NCBI GenBank assembly: GCA_021784815.1
Contig: JAJYHK010000005.1
Span: 25,917 to 89,916 of the forward strand
Reading direction: 5' to 3'
DNA length: 64,000 nucleotides
Source: a bacterium
Lineage (GTDB): Bacteria; Patescibacteriota; Minisyncoccia; Phycocordibacterales; Phycocordibacteraceae
Below are positions 31,890 to 40,997 of the stretch, in pieces (position 1 is the stretch's first letter; each line of letters starts with the position of its first letter). Position numbers and translations under genes: made by a program. The notes under the pieces are model-generated. The model worked only from the letters and a program-made list of their open reading frames with translations, ran no database searches and had not been told where the DNA came from.

Positions 31890-32592
31890 CATCAAAGCCA
31901 GAGTGTTCGAAAAGATCCGCAGCGGCGAAGTGTCCATGCGTCCGCGCTTCCTCTTCACCCTGCGCGTCATCGGCACTGCTACGCTCGCGCTCCTTGCGCT
32001 CCTCGTGGCGATCTTTACGCTCAGCTTCGTCGTCTTCAGCGTGCATGAGAGCGGCGAACAGTTCCTCCTCGGGTTCGGCGCGCGCGGCCTCGCCACCTTC
32101 GCTGCGATCTTCCCCTGGCTACCGCTCATCGTGGCTGTCGCACTTCTCTTCGTGCTCGAAGCGCTTCTCCACACGTTCACCTTTGGCTACCGCGTGCCAC
32201 TCTTGCGCATTTTCCTCTGGGTACTCCTTGCCGCGGCGGCCGGTACCTTTCTTGTTGGCCTCACTTCGGTACACTCGTACCTCCTCGATCGCGCTGACCA
32301 CGATGAGCTTCCGGTTCTCGGACCACTCTACGAGCGTATCCACGACGTCCACACGCAGCAAGGTGTCTACCGCGGCATGATCACGGCGTTTACCAACACC
32401 GGATTCATCCTTGCACACGACGACGTTGATCGTGATGCCGATGAGAGCTCGTGGCAAATCATTCCGCCGCACAGATTCGCAACGAGCACGCTTTCGATCG
32501 GCGAGCGCGTGTATGTGGCCGGGAGATTTGCGAATGGTTTCGTATACGCGTACGGCATCCAGTCGCTTGCACAGCGCTCCGTTTCGCAATAG
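31873..32592 (+). CDS. Putative membrane anti-sigma factor
   Basis: Overlaps the ECF sigma stop, short cytoplasmic N-terminus then multiple TM helices; assignment by position. Confidence 0.4.
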   Translation: MSNNPDIKARVFEKIRSGEVSMRPRFLFTLRVIGTATLALLALLVAIFTLSFVVFSVHESGEQFLLGFGARGLATFAAIFPWLPLIVAVALLFVLEALLHTFTFGYRVPLLRIFLWVLLAAAAGTFLVGLTSVHSYLLDRADHDELPVLGPLYERIHDVHTQQGVYRGMITAFTNTGFILAHDDVDRDADESSWQIIPPHRFATSTLSIGERVYVAGRFANGFVYAYGIQSLAQRSVSQ

Positions 32593-32628
32593 TTCCGCAC
32601 CGGTAGGTGAAATAAACAGCCCCGTTTA

Positions 32629-33444
32629 GTGTATCTAGAGATGATGGTACTCGCTGGGATCGAAAAAAGAGCACTCAAATCGGCACAGTCTTTGCGCGAG
32701 ACGCAGCTCATCATGGGCATGCCGATAACCGTGGAATTAGTCGGTCACCGACCTGATCGCGAGGCGATGCTCGCCGACACGTTCGCGCACTTCACTGCGA
32801 TCGACGAGCAGTTCAGCACCTATAAAGGGACGAGCGAGATCTCGCGCTTTAATCGCGGCGAATGCACTGAAGCCGAACTTTCGCCTGATCTGCGGAAAAT
32901 CTTTGCCCTGGGCGAGACGACAAGGCTCGAGACGAGGGGATTTTTCGATATGCGCCGCCCCGATGGCTTGATCGACCCTTCCGGCATCGTGAAGGGCTGG
33001 GCAATCCGGAATGCCGCCGAAGCGCTCCGCGCGCGCGGCTTCGATAACTTTTATGTGGAAGCGGGCGGCGACATCCAGACCGCCGGTATCGATGCCCGCG
33101 GTCTTCCGTGGGCGATTGGCATCCGCAGCCCCTTTGCCGTCCATGAAATCGTGAAAGTGCTCTTCCCCCGCGGCAAGGGCGTAGCGACCTCGGGCACGTC
33201 GATTCGCGGCCAGCACATCTACGATCCACACGCGCCGAGCATGCCGCTTACTGAGGTTGTAAGCCTCACGGTCATCGGTCCCGATATACTTGAGGCTGAC
33301 CGCTTCGCAACTGCCGCTTTCGCAATGGGCAGCGCGGGCATCGGCTTCATCGAGCGGCTCGACGGGTTCGAGGGTTACGAGATTCAAGCGAACGGCATGG
33401 CGCGCGCCACGACAGGATTCGCGCAGTTAACCGCGACCGAGTAG
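32629..33444 (+). CDS. apbE: FAD:protein FMN transferase (ApbE family)
   Basis: ApbE fold motifs (GIVKGWA, ATSGTSIRG, DRFATAAFAMG), about 270 aa. Confidence 0.75.
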   Translation: MYLEMMVLAGIEKRALKSAQSLRETQLIMGMPITVELVGHRPDREAMLADTFAHFTAIDEQFSTYKGTSEISRFNRGECTEAELSPDLRKIFALGETTRLETRGFFDMRRPDGLIDPSGIVKGWAIRNAAEALRARGFDNFYVEAGGDIQTAGIDARGLPWAIGIRSPFAVHEIVKVLFPRGKGVATSGTSIRGQHIYDPHAPSMPLTEVVSLTVIGPDILEADRFATAAFAMGSAGIGFIERLDGFEGYEIQANGMARATTGFAQLTATE

Positions 33445-33470
33445 CAATTATTACGCGTAAAACCGCAGCT

Positions 33471-34193
33471 ATGAATAATGCAAATCTTACCAACTACGTA
33501 CAGCAGCGGCGCGCCGCCGGAATAAACGACGATGCCATTCGCCGAAGCCTTCTCGCGAAGGGCTGGCACCCGGACGAAATCGATGAGGCGCTCGGGCTAC
33601 GCCTTGCCGCACTTTCCGTCGGCCCTTCAGCTCGTCCGCAGCGCATGAGGTCGAAGATCGCGCTCATGCTCGCCCTCGCCGGTATCACAGGCGTGTACGC
33701 GCTCTGGCAGGTATTTGGCACGAACACCTCCGCCGCCGCAGTCCTTCCGCTATCGGCAGCGACGCAACAGCCCGCACAAACACAATCGCAGCCGCAACAG
33801 TCAACAACGGTTCACAACGCCACTGAACCCTCCTCCGCGCCGTCAAGCAATACCGCTCCGTCCCAAACGGCAACTGCGCCTGCCGCTCCGCCTAAACCAA
33901 AAGGCCAATACGCCGATGGCATTTACACCGGATCGGTCGCAAACGCCTACTACGGCAACGTGCAGGTACAGGCAATCATCCAGGGCGGCAAGATCGCGAA
34001 CGTGAAGTTCCTTCAGTACCCGTACACGCACTCGGCCTCGATGTACATCAACCAACAGGCGATGCCCTACCTCACCCAGGAAGCGATCCAGGCGCAGAGT
34101 GCTAACGTAAGCGGCGTCTCGGGCGCTACCTTCACGAGCGAGGCGTTCGCGCAGTCGCTTTCTTCGGCGCTCAATAAGGCTAAGAACGCCTAA
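33471..34193 (+). CDS. FMN-binding domain protein (RnfG/NqrC-like) with N-terminal TM and Gln/Ser/Pro-rich linker
   Basis: C-terminal FMN_bind domain with flavinylation motif SGATFTS (target Thr for ApbE). Confidence 0.7.
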   Translation: MNNANLTNYVQQRRAAGINDDAIRRSLLAKGWHPDEIDEALGLRLAALSVGPSARPQRMRSKIALMLALAGITGVYALWQVFGTNTSAAAVLPLSAATQQPAQTQSQPQQSTTVHNATEPSSAPSSNTAPSQTATAPAAPPKPKGQYADGIYTGSVANAYYGNVQVQAIIQGGKIANVKFLQYPYTHSASMYINQQAMPYLTQEAIQAQSANVSGVSGATFTSEAFAQSLSSALNKAKNA

Positions 34194-34213
34194 CGATTCC
34201 CCTCGCTCCGTCC

Positions 34214-35728
34214 ATGCTCACCGCCATTGACGACCTTCTTAACAAGGTCACGATGTACCGCCTTGTGCTGTATGTGCTTTCGGCGCTCCTCATCGTGGCC
34301 GCGCTGTTCGGATTCGTCGGCATCCTGCCGACGAATCCGGGCGATCTCGCCTTCTCAACCGCGATTCTCATTGGAGCAAGTTGGGTCACGAACACACTGT
34401 TTGCCAAAATCTTCCACGCCGCTACAAACGTCGAGTCGGTGTACATTACCGCGCTCATCCTCGCGCTCATCATGGCGCCGATCGCTCCGACGAGCTACCT
34501 CGGCGTCGCGGCGCTCGTCATTGCGGCAGCGTGGGCGATGGCATCGAAGTACCTCTTTGCCATCAACAAGAAGCACCTCTTCAATCCGGCGGCATTCGGC
34601 GTGGTCTTTTCCGCTTTTGTGCTTGGCGTGCCGGCGACGTGGTGGGTCGGCGGGACAGTCGCGCTCCTTCCTTTCGTCGCGATTGGCGGGTTCCTCATCG
34701 TGCGCAAGATCCGCCGCTTTGATCTCGTAATTGCCTTCGGCGTTGTCGCGCTTGTTACCGCGGTGCTCACTGGGGGCGCGAGTGCGGGCACGTCTATTCT
34801 CCAGACCCTCCTCCACTCCCCGATCTTCTTCTTCGCGGGCGTCATGCTCATCGAGCCGCTCACCATTCCGAGCGATCGGCGGCATCGGATCATCTACGGC
34901 GCCCTGGTCGGCTTCCTCTTCGCGCCGAACATCCACATTGGCTCCCTCTATACCACCCCGGAACTCGCGCTCCTCATCGGTAACCTCTACGCCTACCTCG
35001 CGAGCCCGAAAGGTCGCTTCATGCTCGAGCTCGTCGGACGCTCGCACCTGAGTGACAACACCTACGAGTTTCATTTCGCGAGCGACGGTCCTGTGCCGTT
35101 TATGCCGGGCCAGTACATCGAGTGGACCCTGCCGCACGACAACCCCGACAACCGCGGCAACCGCCGCTACTTTACTATCTCTTCTGCCCCGAACGACCCG
35201 GTCGTCAGCCTCGGCGTAAAGTTCTACAACCCCGCGAGCACCTTCAAGCGCGCACTCGCGCAGATGCAGCCGCACGATACGCTTTCGGTCTCGCATATCG
35301 CAGGCGACTTCACGCTCCCGCGCAACAAAAAGCGCAAGCTCGTTTTCATTGCCGGCGGCATCGGCGTCACACCCTTCGCAAGCATGGTGCGCCACATGCT
35401 TGTCCAAAAGGACGCGCGCACGGCCGTACTCTTCTACGCGAACCGCACCAAAAACGACATCGCGTACAAAGAGGTGTTCGACCAGGCGGCCCGCGAGCTC
35501 GGCTTGAAAACGATTTATGCGCTCTCGAATGAGCCCGCGCCGCCGCACGGCATGTACCGGGGCGTCATTGATGCCGACCTCATCCGCCGCGAAGTGCCGG
35601 ATTTTGCCGAGCGCACGTTTTACCTCTCAGGGCCGCACGGTATGGTCGATAGTTTCAAGCACGCTTTGCGCGAGATGGGCGTCCCGCGCCATCGCATTAA
35701 GATCGACTATTTCCCCGGATACGCGTAG
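34214..35728 (+). CDS. RnfD/NqrB-like polytopic membrane domain fused to FNR-like FAD/NAD(P)-binding oxidoreductase domain
   Basis: N-terminal about 230 aa with 6+ TM helices (KHLFNPAAFG region like RnfD/NqrB); C-terminal RYFTISSAP (FAD RxYS motif) and FIAGGIGVTPF (NAD(P) GxGxxP motif). Confidence 0.65.
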   Translation: MLTAIDDLLNKVTMYRLVLYVLSALLIVAALFGFVGILPTNPGDLAFSTAILIGASWVTNTLFAKIFHAATNVESVYITALILALIMAPIAPTSYLGVAALVIAAAWAMASKYLFAINKKHLFNPAAFGVVFSAFVLGVPATWWVGGTVALLPFVAIGGFLIVRKIRRFDLVIAFGVVALVTAVLTGGASAGTSILQTLLHSPIFFFAGVMLIEPLTIPSDRRHRIIYGALVGFLFAPNIHIGSLYTTPELALLIGNLYAYLASPKGRFMLELVGRSHLSDNTYEFHFASDGPVPFMPGQYIEWTLPHDNPDNRGNRRYFTISSAPNDPVVSLGVKFYNPASTFKRALAQMQPHDTLSVSHIAGDFTLPRNKKRKLVFIAGGIGVTPFASMVRHMLVQKDARTAVLFYANRTKNDIAYKEVFDQAARELGLKTIYALSNEPAPPHGMYRGVIDADLIRREVPDFAERTFYLSGPHGMVDSFKHALREMGVPRHRIKIDYFPGYA

Positions 35729-35760
35729 AAACCCGCGGCCCCCTTCAGGGCCGCGGGTTT

Positions 35761-35976
35761 CTAAAACGCGCCCGTCGCCTTCGCGAGCTTGAAGGCGAGC
35801 CAGATGCCAGCGATGCCGCCGATGCCGCCCCAGACGAGATAGCTCACTATGCCGCCGCCCCAGAGATACGGAAGCGCGCCGCCCACGGTCGAGCCGATCA
35901 TCATTCCCCACCACACCATTTTCTTACCATCCATATTGCTAGTATAAGGGTACCGCGCCCCTCGCCATGTCCGCAA
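35761..35976 (-). CDS. Small Gly/Trp-rich membrane protein
   Basis: Two predicted TM helices; ORF only. Confidence 0.3.
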   Translation of the reverse strand: MRTWRGARYPYTSNMDGKKMVWWGMMIGSTVGGALPYLWGGGIVSYLVWGGIGGIAGIWLAFKLAKATGAF

Positions 35977-36767
35977 CGCTCATCACGCTCGCGCAGTACG
36001 GAGCCCTCGCGTTCGGGCTCTCGTGCCTTGTTGCGGGCGTTCTTCTTCGCCTCTTGCACCCAAAGCGCTTTTACTTCGTACGGCACGGGCAGTCGATCCT
36101 CAACGCCGAGCGCGTCCGCCAGGGCGCTGATGGTGCCCTTTCCCCCAAGGGACGCGAACAGGCGGGAGAGGCGGGCCGCTTTCTTGCGCAGTTCCCGATC
36201 GAAGCGATCATCGCGAGCCCGTTCGAGCGCACCCGCGAGACGGCCGCCATCATCGAGACGTTCATCAGGGTGCCCGTAAGCTACTCGCCGCTCCTTGTCG
36301 AGCGGCGCAGCCCGAGCGAGGTGATCGGACGCTCATACGATGAGCCTGCTGTTGCGCGCATTTCCGATATCGTCGACCACGCATACCATGACGATATCTT
36401 CCGCTATTCCGACGAAGAAAACTTTCTTGATATGCGCGCTCGCGCGCGCGATTGCCTCGAGATGCTCCGGCGCGAGCGCGCGCACGAGGTCTGTGTCGTC
36501 ACGCACAGTTTCTTTCTCAAGATGCTCATCGCGTACCTGCTCTACCGCGAGCGGCTCCACGCCCGCGACTACGTGAAGCTCGCCTTCTTCAACACAGCCG
36601 ACAATGCGAGCGTGACGATCTGCGACTATCGGCCCTGGGAGCGGTTTTCAGCCACGCACGGCTGGCGCGTGATCGCCTTCAACCTCCATGCCGAAGCGCC
36701 GCCGGAACAAATGGCACCGGCTCCGCAAGTGGAGCCGGTGCCATTTGCGCCAAACGGGCGCCCTTAG
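35967..36767 (+). CDS. Histidine phosphatase family protein (phosphoglycerate mutase-like)
   Basis: Catalytic RHGQS motif after an N-terminal TM helix; C-terminal His in VVTHS. Confidence 0.7.
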   Translation: MSATLITLAQYGALAFGLSCLVAGVLLRLLHPKRFYFVRHGQSILNAERVRQGADGALSPKGREQAGEAGRFLAQFPIEAIIASPFERTRETAAIIETFIRVPVSYSPLLVERRSPSEVIGRSYDEPAVARISDIVDHAYHDDIFRYSDEENFLDMRARARDCLEMLRRERAHEVCVVTHSFFLKMLIAYLLYRERLHARDYVKLAFFNTADNASVTICDYRPWERFSATHGWRVIAFNLHAEAPPEQMAPAPQVEPVPFAPNGRP

Positions 36768-38398
36768 AAGTCCATCCCCCCGCCCATCCCGCCCTGGACA
36801 GCCTCCTTCTTGGGCTCGGGAATATCCGTAATGGCTGCCTCGGTGGTGAGCAGGATCGCCGCGGCCGAGACCGCGTTCTCGAGCGCCATGCGCGACATTT
36901 TGGCCGGGTCGACAATACCCGCACTGAGCATGTCGTCGACAAGCTTGTCCGCCATCGCATCGTAGCCGGAATTGGCCTTGCCTGCTTGCACGCGCGAAAC
37001 GATCTCGGCCGCGTCATCCTTGCCGGCATTCATCGCGATCTGCGCGAGCGGCATTTCAAGCGCGCGCACGACGATCTCGTATCCGGTCTTTTCGTCGGCG
37101 GTCATCTTCTTGCCCGGGCTCGCGATCTTTTTCGATACCTTCGCGAACGCGGTACCGCCGCCCGGCACGATGCCCTCTTCGATCGAGGCCTTGGTCGCTT
37201 TGACCGCATCATCGATCTTGTCCTTGAGGTACTTCATCTCGGTCTCGGTCGCGGCACCAACCGAAATCACTGCCACGCCGCCCGACAGCTTCGCCGCGCG
37301 CTCCTCGTACTTCTCGCGGTCGTATTTCGACTCGGTCATTTCCGCCTGCGCCTTGAGCTGCTGCACGCGGGCAGACACGTCGGCCTTCTTGCCCTTGCCG
37401 CCGACGATGGTCGTCGCGTCTTTCGTTGCCACGACGCGCGCCGCCTTGCCAAGCATCGAGAGCGTCACGTTTTCAAAGGTGATGCCGAGATCGCTCGAGA
37501 CCACCTGGCCGCCCGTGAGCACCGCGATGTCCGCGAGCATTTCCTTCTTGCGATCGCCGTAGCCGGGCGCCTTGACCGCAAGCACACTGAAGGCGCCGCG
37601 GAGCTTATTGAGCACAAAGGTCGGGAGTGCATCGCCGTCGACGTCATCGGCGATGATGACCAACTCCTTTTTGCCGCTCTGCGCAACCTTCTCGAGAAGC
37701 GGGAGGATTTCCTGCACGCTCGAAATTTTCTTGTCGGTGATGAGGATCGATGCATCGCGCATCTCCGCCTCCATGCGCTCCGGACTCGTGACCATGTAGG
37801 CGCTCACGTATCCCTTGTCGAACTGCATGCCCTCGACGATCTCGTACGAGAGATCCATGCCCTGCGATTCCTCCACGGTCACAACACCGCTGCTGCCGAC
37901 CTTTTCAACCGCCTCGGCGATGATGCTGCCAAGCTCATCCGACTCGGCGGAAATCGAGGCGACCTGGCGTACCTCGGCCTTGCCAGAAACCGGCTTCGCC
38001 ATTTTCTTAAGTTCAGTAACCGCGGCCTCTTTGGCTTGCTCCATGCCGGAACGGATGCCCATGGCACCCGCACCCTTCATGACGTGGGAAAGGCCTTCGT
38101 TGACGAGCGCTTCGAAGAGCACGACGGTAGTGGTCGTGCCGTCGCCGGCGTTGTCGTTGGTCTTGCTCGCCACCTCCTTCACGATCTCGGCGCCGAGGTT
38201 TTCGAACTTATCGGGGAGCGAAATCTCCTTTGCGATCGAGACGCCATCGTTCGTGATACGCGGGCCACCGTACGAACGCTCAATAATCGCATTGCGGCCT
38301 TTCGGACCGAGCGTTACCTTCACGGCGCGTGCCGCCTGGGCGACGCCCTTCGCGACCGCGCTGCGCGCGTCTTCAGAAAACAGGATCTGTTTTGCCAT
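36764..38398 (-). CDS. groEL: Chaperonin GroEL (Hsp60)
   Basis: MAKQILFSEDAR...AGDGTTTTVVL...GGGMGGGMDF C-terminal GGM tail; 544 aa. Confidence 0.97.
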   Translation of the reverse strand: MAKQILFSEDARSAVAKGVAQAARAVKVTLGPKGRNAIIERSYGGPRITNDGVSIAKEISLPDKFENLGAEIVKEVASKTNDNAGDGTTTTVVLFEALVNEGLSHVMKGAGAMGIRSGMEQAKEAAVTELKKMAKPVSGKAEVRQVASISAESDELGSIIAEAVEKVGSSGVVTVEESQGMDLSYEIVEGMQFDKGYVSAYMVTSPERMEAEMRDASILITDKKISSVQEILPLLEKVAQSGKKELVIIADDVDGDALPTFVLNKLRGAFSVLAVKAPGYGDRKKEMLADIAVLTGGQVVSSDLGITFENVTLSMLGKAARVVATKDATTIVGGKGKKADVSARVQQLKAQAEMTESKYDREKYEERAAKLSGGVAVISVGAATETEMKYLKDKIDDAVKATKASIEEGIVPGGGTAFAKVSKKIASPGKKMTADEKTGYEIVVRALEMPLAQIAMNAGKDDAAEIVSRVQAGKANSGYDAMADKLVDDMLSAGIVDPAKMSRMALENAVSAAAILLTTEAAITDIPEPKKEAVQGGMGGGMDF

Positions 38399-38410
38399 TC
38401 TTTTCGTGGG

Positions 38411-38722
38411 TTAGCCGGTAATAACCGCGAGAACACTCGATTCGGATAGCACGTAGTACTCTTCGTCATCGATCTTTATCTCGTCGTAGCCGTACTTGCT
38501 AAAGAGTACTTTCTCTCCGACCTTGACCTGCATCGGAACGAGCGTGCCTTGTTCGTATTTACCCGGCCCGACCGCTACGATCGTGCCCTGGGCCGGCCGT
38601 TCCTTGCCGGAGGTATCCGCCGGAATGATGATGCCCGACGCAAGCTTCTTCTCGCCCTCTTTCTCCGCGGGCTTGACAATTACCCTATCGCCCAGCGGAG
38701 TCAATGCTGGTTTCTTCGCCAT
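38411..38722 (-). CDS. groES: Co-chaperonin GroES (Hsp10)
   Basis: LTPLGDRVIVKP...GIIIP...GTIVAVGPG; 103 aa, directly upstream of groEL. Confidence 0.95.
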   Translation of the reverse strand: MAKKPALTPLGDRVIVKPAEKEGEKKLASGIIIPADTSGKERPAQGTIVAVGPGKYEQGTLVPMQVKVGEKVLFSKYGYDEIKIDDEEYYVLSESSVLAVITG

Positions 38723-38881
38723 AGCCGTATGTAAACAGAATTAGCTTGTAAAAGCGCGGGTGCGCCTGTCGAGTATATGAAGCAGCGAAGATTGTTGTCA
38801 ACAGAGCGCGAATTTCTGCGAAAACGGCTTCTTTGGAACGACACCTCCATAGAGCACCGACGCGCGCATCAAAAGACGTAA

Positions 38882-38909
38882 GGGCGACCGAGCTATGGCT
38901 CGATCGCCC
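38882..38909 (-). terminator. Intrinsic terminator candidate downstream of recQ-like gene
   Basis: GGGCGACCGAGC-TATG-GCTCGATCGCCC stem-loop (one bulge) followed on the minus strand by UUACGUCUUUUG. Confidence 0.5.
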
Positions 38910-38920
38910 TTGTGTTGCTC

Positions 38921-40513
38921 TCACTCCCGCAGGAGGGCGGTCTCCTCCTTTTCCGGATCGAGATCCTCATCCCGACGCAGGATCTCCCAAAGCCGAGATT
39001 GATCCTGGTCCGGATTTCCGAAGAACACTCTGAGGCGTTCTTGCTCGCGCACGAGCATGCGCCAACGCATGTGAGTCAGACCAATGAGCCGATCGTGCTT
39101 CTTGGAGCCGGGAGAAATCCCGGACACCGAGAGCCCATTACCATCTTCGCTAATGACCCCCGCACGCTGCAGAATCGCCACGGCCGTATTCACGCGGTCC
39201 AAGTACGAGGCCTTGAACTTGACCTGGCTATTCTCGATCCTGAGGCGCATGTAATCGAGGAAGGAACGAATGTTGTACTTCCGACCTTCCGAGCGAGTCC
39301 GATTCGCCAAAACACGTACCAGATTCCTATGCACCACCTCCACAAAGTCGTAGGTCGGCGCACCCCACTTAGCCCTTTCTGCTTGACGTCCGAAGCCGTC
39401 TCCCTCGAGACAAAACGTCGTGCACAGGGCTGGCAGACCGTCGCGGCCCGCGCGCCCGATCTGCTGGGCGTAGTCGATTAAAGTGGGCGGTACCTGGTAG
39501 TGAATGACTTGCCGGACATCCGGACGACTCACGCCCATTCCAAATGCCGTAGTGGCAAACACGATGGGACGCTTGTCGTTCAAGAAGCCTCTCAGTACGG
39601 ACTGTTTATCCTCGTACGGGAGCCCGGCGTGGTACAGGTACGTTGAGTATCCGCGCGTCCGCGCGACCCAGCGCCCCGCTTCCTGCTGCATGCGCGCAAA
39701 GGCCTGATACGCTCCGTCGCGAGAAGCACAGTAGACGATGACCGGGCCCACATACCCCTCTTGAAGGAGCTGGAGGAGTCGGCTGAATCGCTTCCGTCCA
39801 AGGATGACCGGGTGATCCTCGACCGATGCAGGAAACTCGACCTTAAGTGTCAGGTTCGGCCGCATTGGATCCGCCTCTACCGTGAGGAAACCCGGACGGA
39901 GCGGAATGCGCCGCCGGATGTCCTGCTTAATTTTCGGATCCACCGTAGCAGTGAAGGCCGAGCAGTGCGGAATCCGCAACCTCCTGACCGCTACCCGAAT
40001 ACGCTGGTAATCAGGACGGAAAGCATCTCCCCACGTGCTTACGCAGTGGGCTTCATCAACCGCAATCCGGTCAAAGCCGACCCCGTCGAATCGACTATGG
40101 AACGCTTCGGTAAGAAGTTGCTCCGGTGACAGGTACAGGAAGCTCGCCTCGCCTTTCGGCGCGGTGGCGTAGTAGTAGTGAACTGCTTGTCTGCGCGGAC
40201 CCGGCAAGTCCGAGTGCAAGGCAAACGCTTTCACTCCACGAGTGCGGAGCGACTGCACCTGATCGTCCTGGAGAGCAATCAGGGGCGATACAACGAGCGT
40301 TTTTGCTCCGGTTACGATGCCGGGGACATGGAAACAGGCAGACTTGCCGCCGCCCGTTGGCAGAACCCCGAGGACATCTCGGCCGAAAATGCTCGCGCGA
40401 ATGAGTTGTTCTTGCTTTCTGGAGAACTGCTTGAATCCGAACAGCTGGAGGGCACCCCGCAGCTGCTCGTCGACAGGACCTTCGTTGAAGGGTTCGGCAA
40501 GTGTTGCTTGCAT
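38921..40513 (-). CDS. recQ: RecQ-family ATP-dependent DNA helicase
   Basis: Motif I VLPTGGGKSACF, DEAH box (VDEAHCVS), helicase C domain and RecQ-C (RQC-like) region; start placed at internal Met MQATLAEP (track ORF is 42 codons longer). Confidence 0.8.
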   Translation of the reverse strand: MQATLAEPFNEGPVDEQLRGALQLFGFKQFSRKQEQLIRASIFGRDVLGVLPTGGGKSACFHVPGIVTGAKTLVVSPLIALQDDQVQSLRTRGVKAFALHSDLPGPRRQAVHYYYATAPKGEASFLYLSPEQLLTEAFHSRFDGVGFDRIAVDEAHCVSTWGDAFRPDYQRIRVAVRRLRIPHCSAFTATVDPKIKQDIRRRIPLRPGFLTVEADPMRPNLTLKVEFPASVEDHPVILGRKRFSRLLQLLQEGYVGPVIVYCASRDGAYQAFARMQQEAGRWVARTRGYSTYLYHAGLPYEDKQSVLRGFLNDKRPIVFATTAFGMGVSRPDVRQVIHYQVPPTLIDYAQQIGRAGRDGLPALCTTFCLEGDGFGRQAERAKWGAPTYDFVEVVHRNLVRVLANRTRSEGRKYNIRSFLDYMRLRIENSQVKFKASYLDRVNTAVAILQRAGVISEDGNGLSVSGISPGSKKHDRLIGLTHMRWRMLVREQERLRVFFGNPDQDQSRLWEILRRDEDLDPEKEETALLRE

Positions 40514-40736
40514 GGGGCTGTTCCTTCCAGCTCGGTTTCGTCTCAGTTTATTATGCAGGAGAAATATGCCGCCCGTCAAGTTTTGGGCTGGTAGTAAGCG
40601 AAGCAACCGATTCTGAAGGCCGATTGTTACAGGTGCCATACTGGCGACTCTCGTTTTGCCGATTAGACTCCGATTCGCTTCGGTTTCCTGTCCTATATCG
40701 CGGAATCCGCTGCTTCTTGCGTGCGTGGCGTAGCCC

Positions 40737-40997
40737 GTGCTATCCTGTGTCTCACAGATGGAGGCATTCGTATTGGCATTGCCCTACGCGGAAATTGTCC
40801 TCTCTATCCTCCTTATCGTCGGCATCGTGCTCCAGCAGCGCGGCGCGACCCTAGGCGGGGCCTTTGGAGGCGACAATTTCGCATCAACATTCTACAAGCG
40901 CCGTGGCGCCGAGAAGTTTTTGTTCAATGCGACGATAGGCGTCGCCGTACTGCTCGTCCTTGCGGCAATCGCCAACTTCCTTCTGGTAGGGTCATGA
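40737..40997 (+). CDS. secG: Preprotein translocase subunit SecG
   Basis: About 85 aa, two TM helices with conserved LLQQRGATLGGAFGG loop. Confidence 0.6.
   Translation: MLSCVSQMEAFVLALPYAEIVLSILLIVGIVLQQRGATLGGAFGGDNFASTFYKRRGAEKFLFNATIGVAVLLVLAAIANFLLVGS

Noticed and set aside
38723-38880. CIRCE (HrcA operator) upstream of groES
   Set aside because: Scanned the groES upstream region for TTAGCACTC-N9-GAGTGCTAA and found no match, only an unrelated TTAGC. The heat-shock control mechanism is undetermined.
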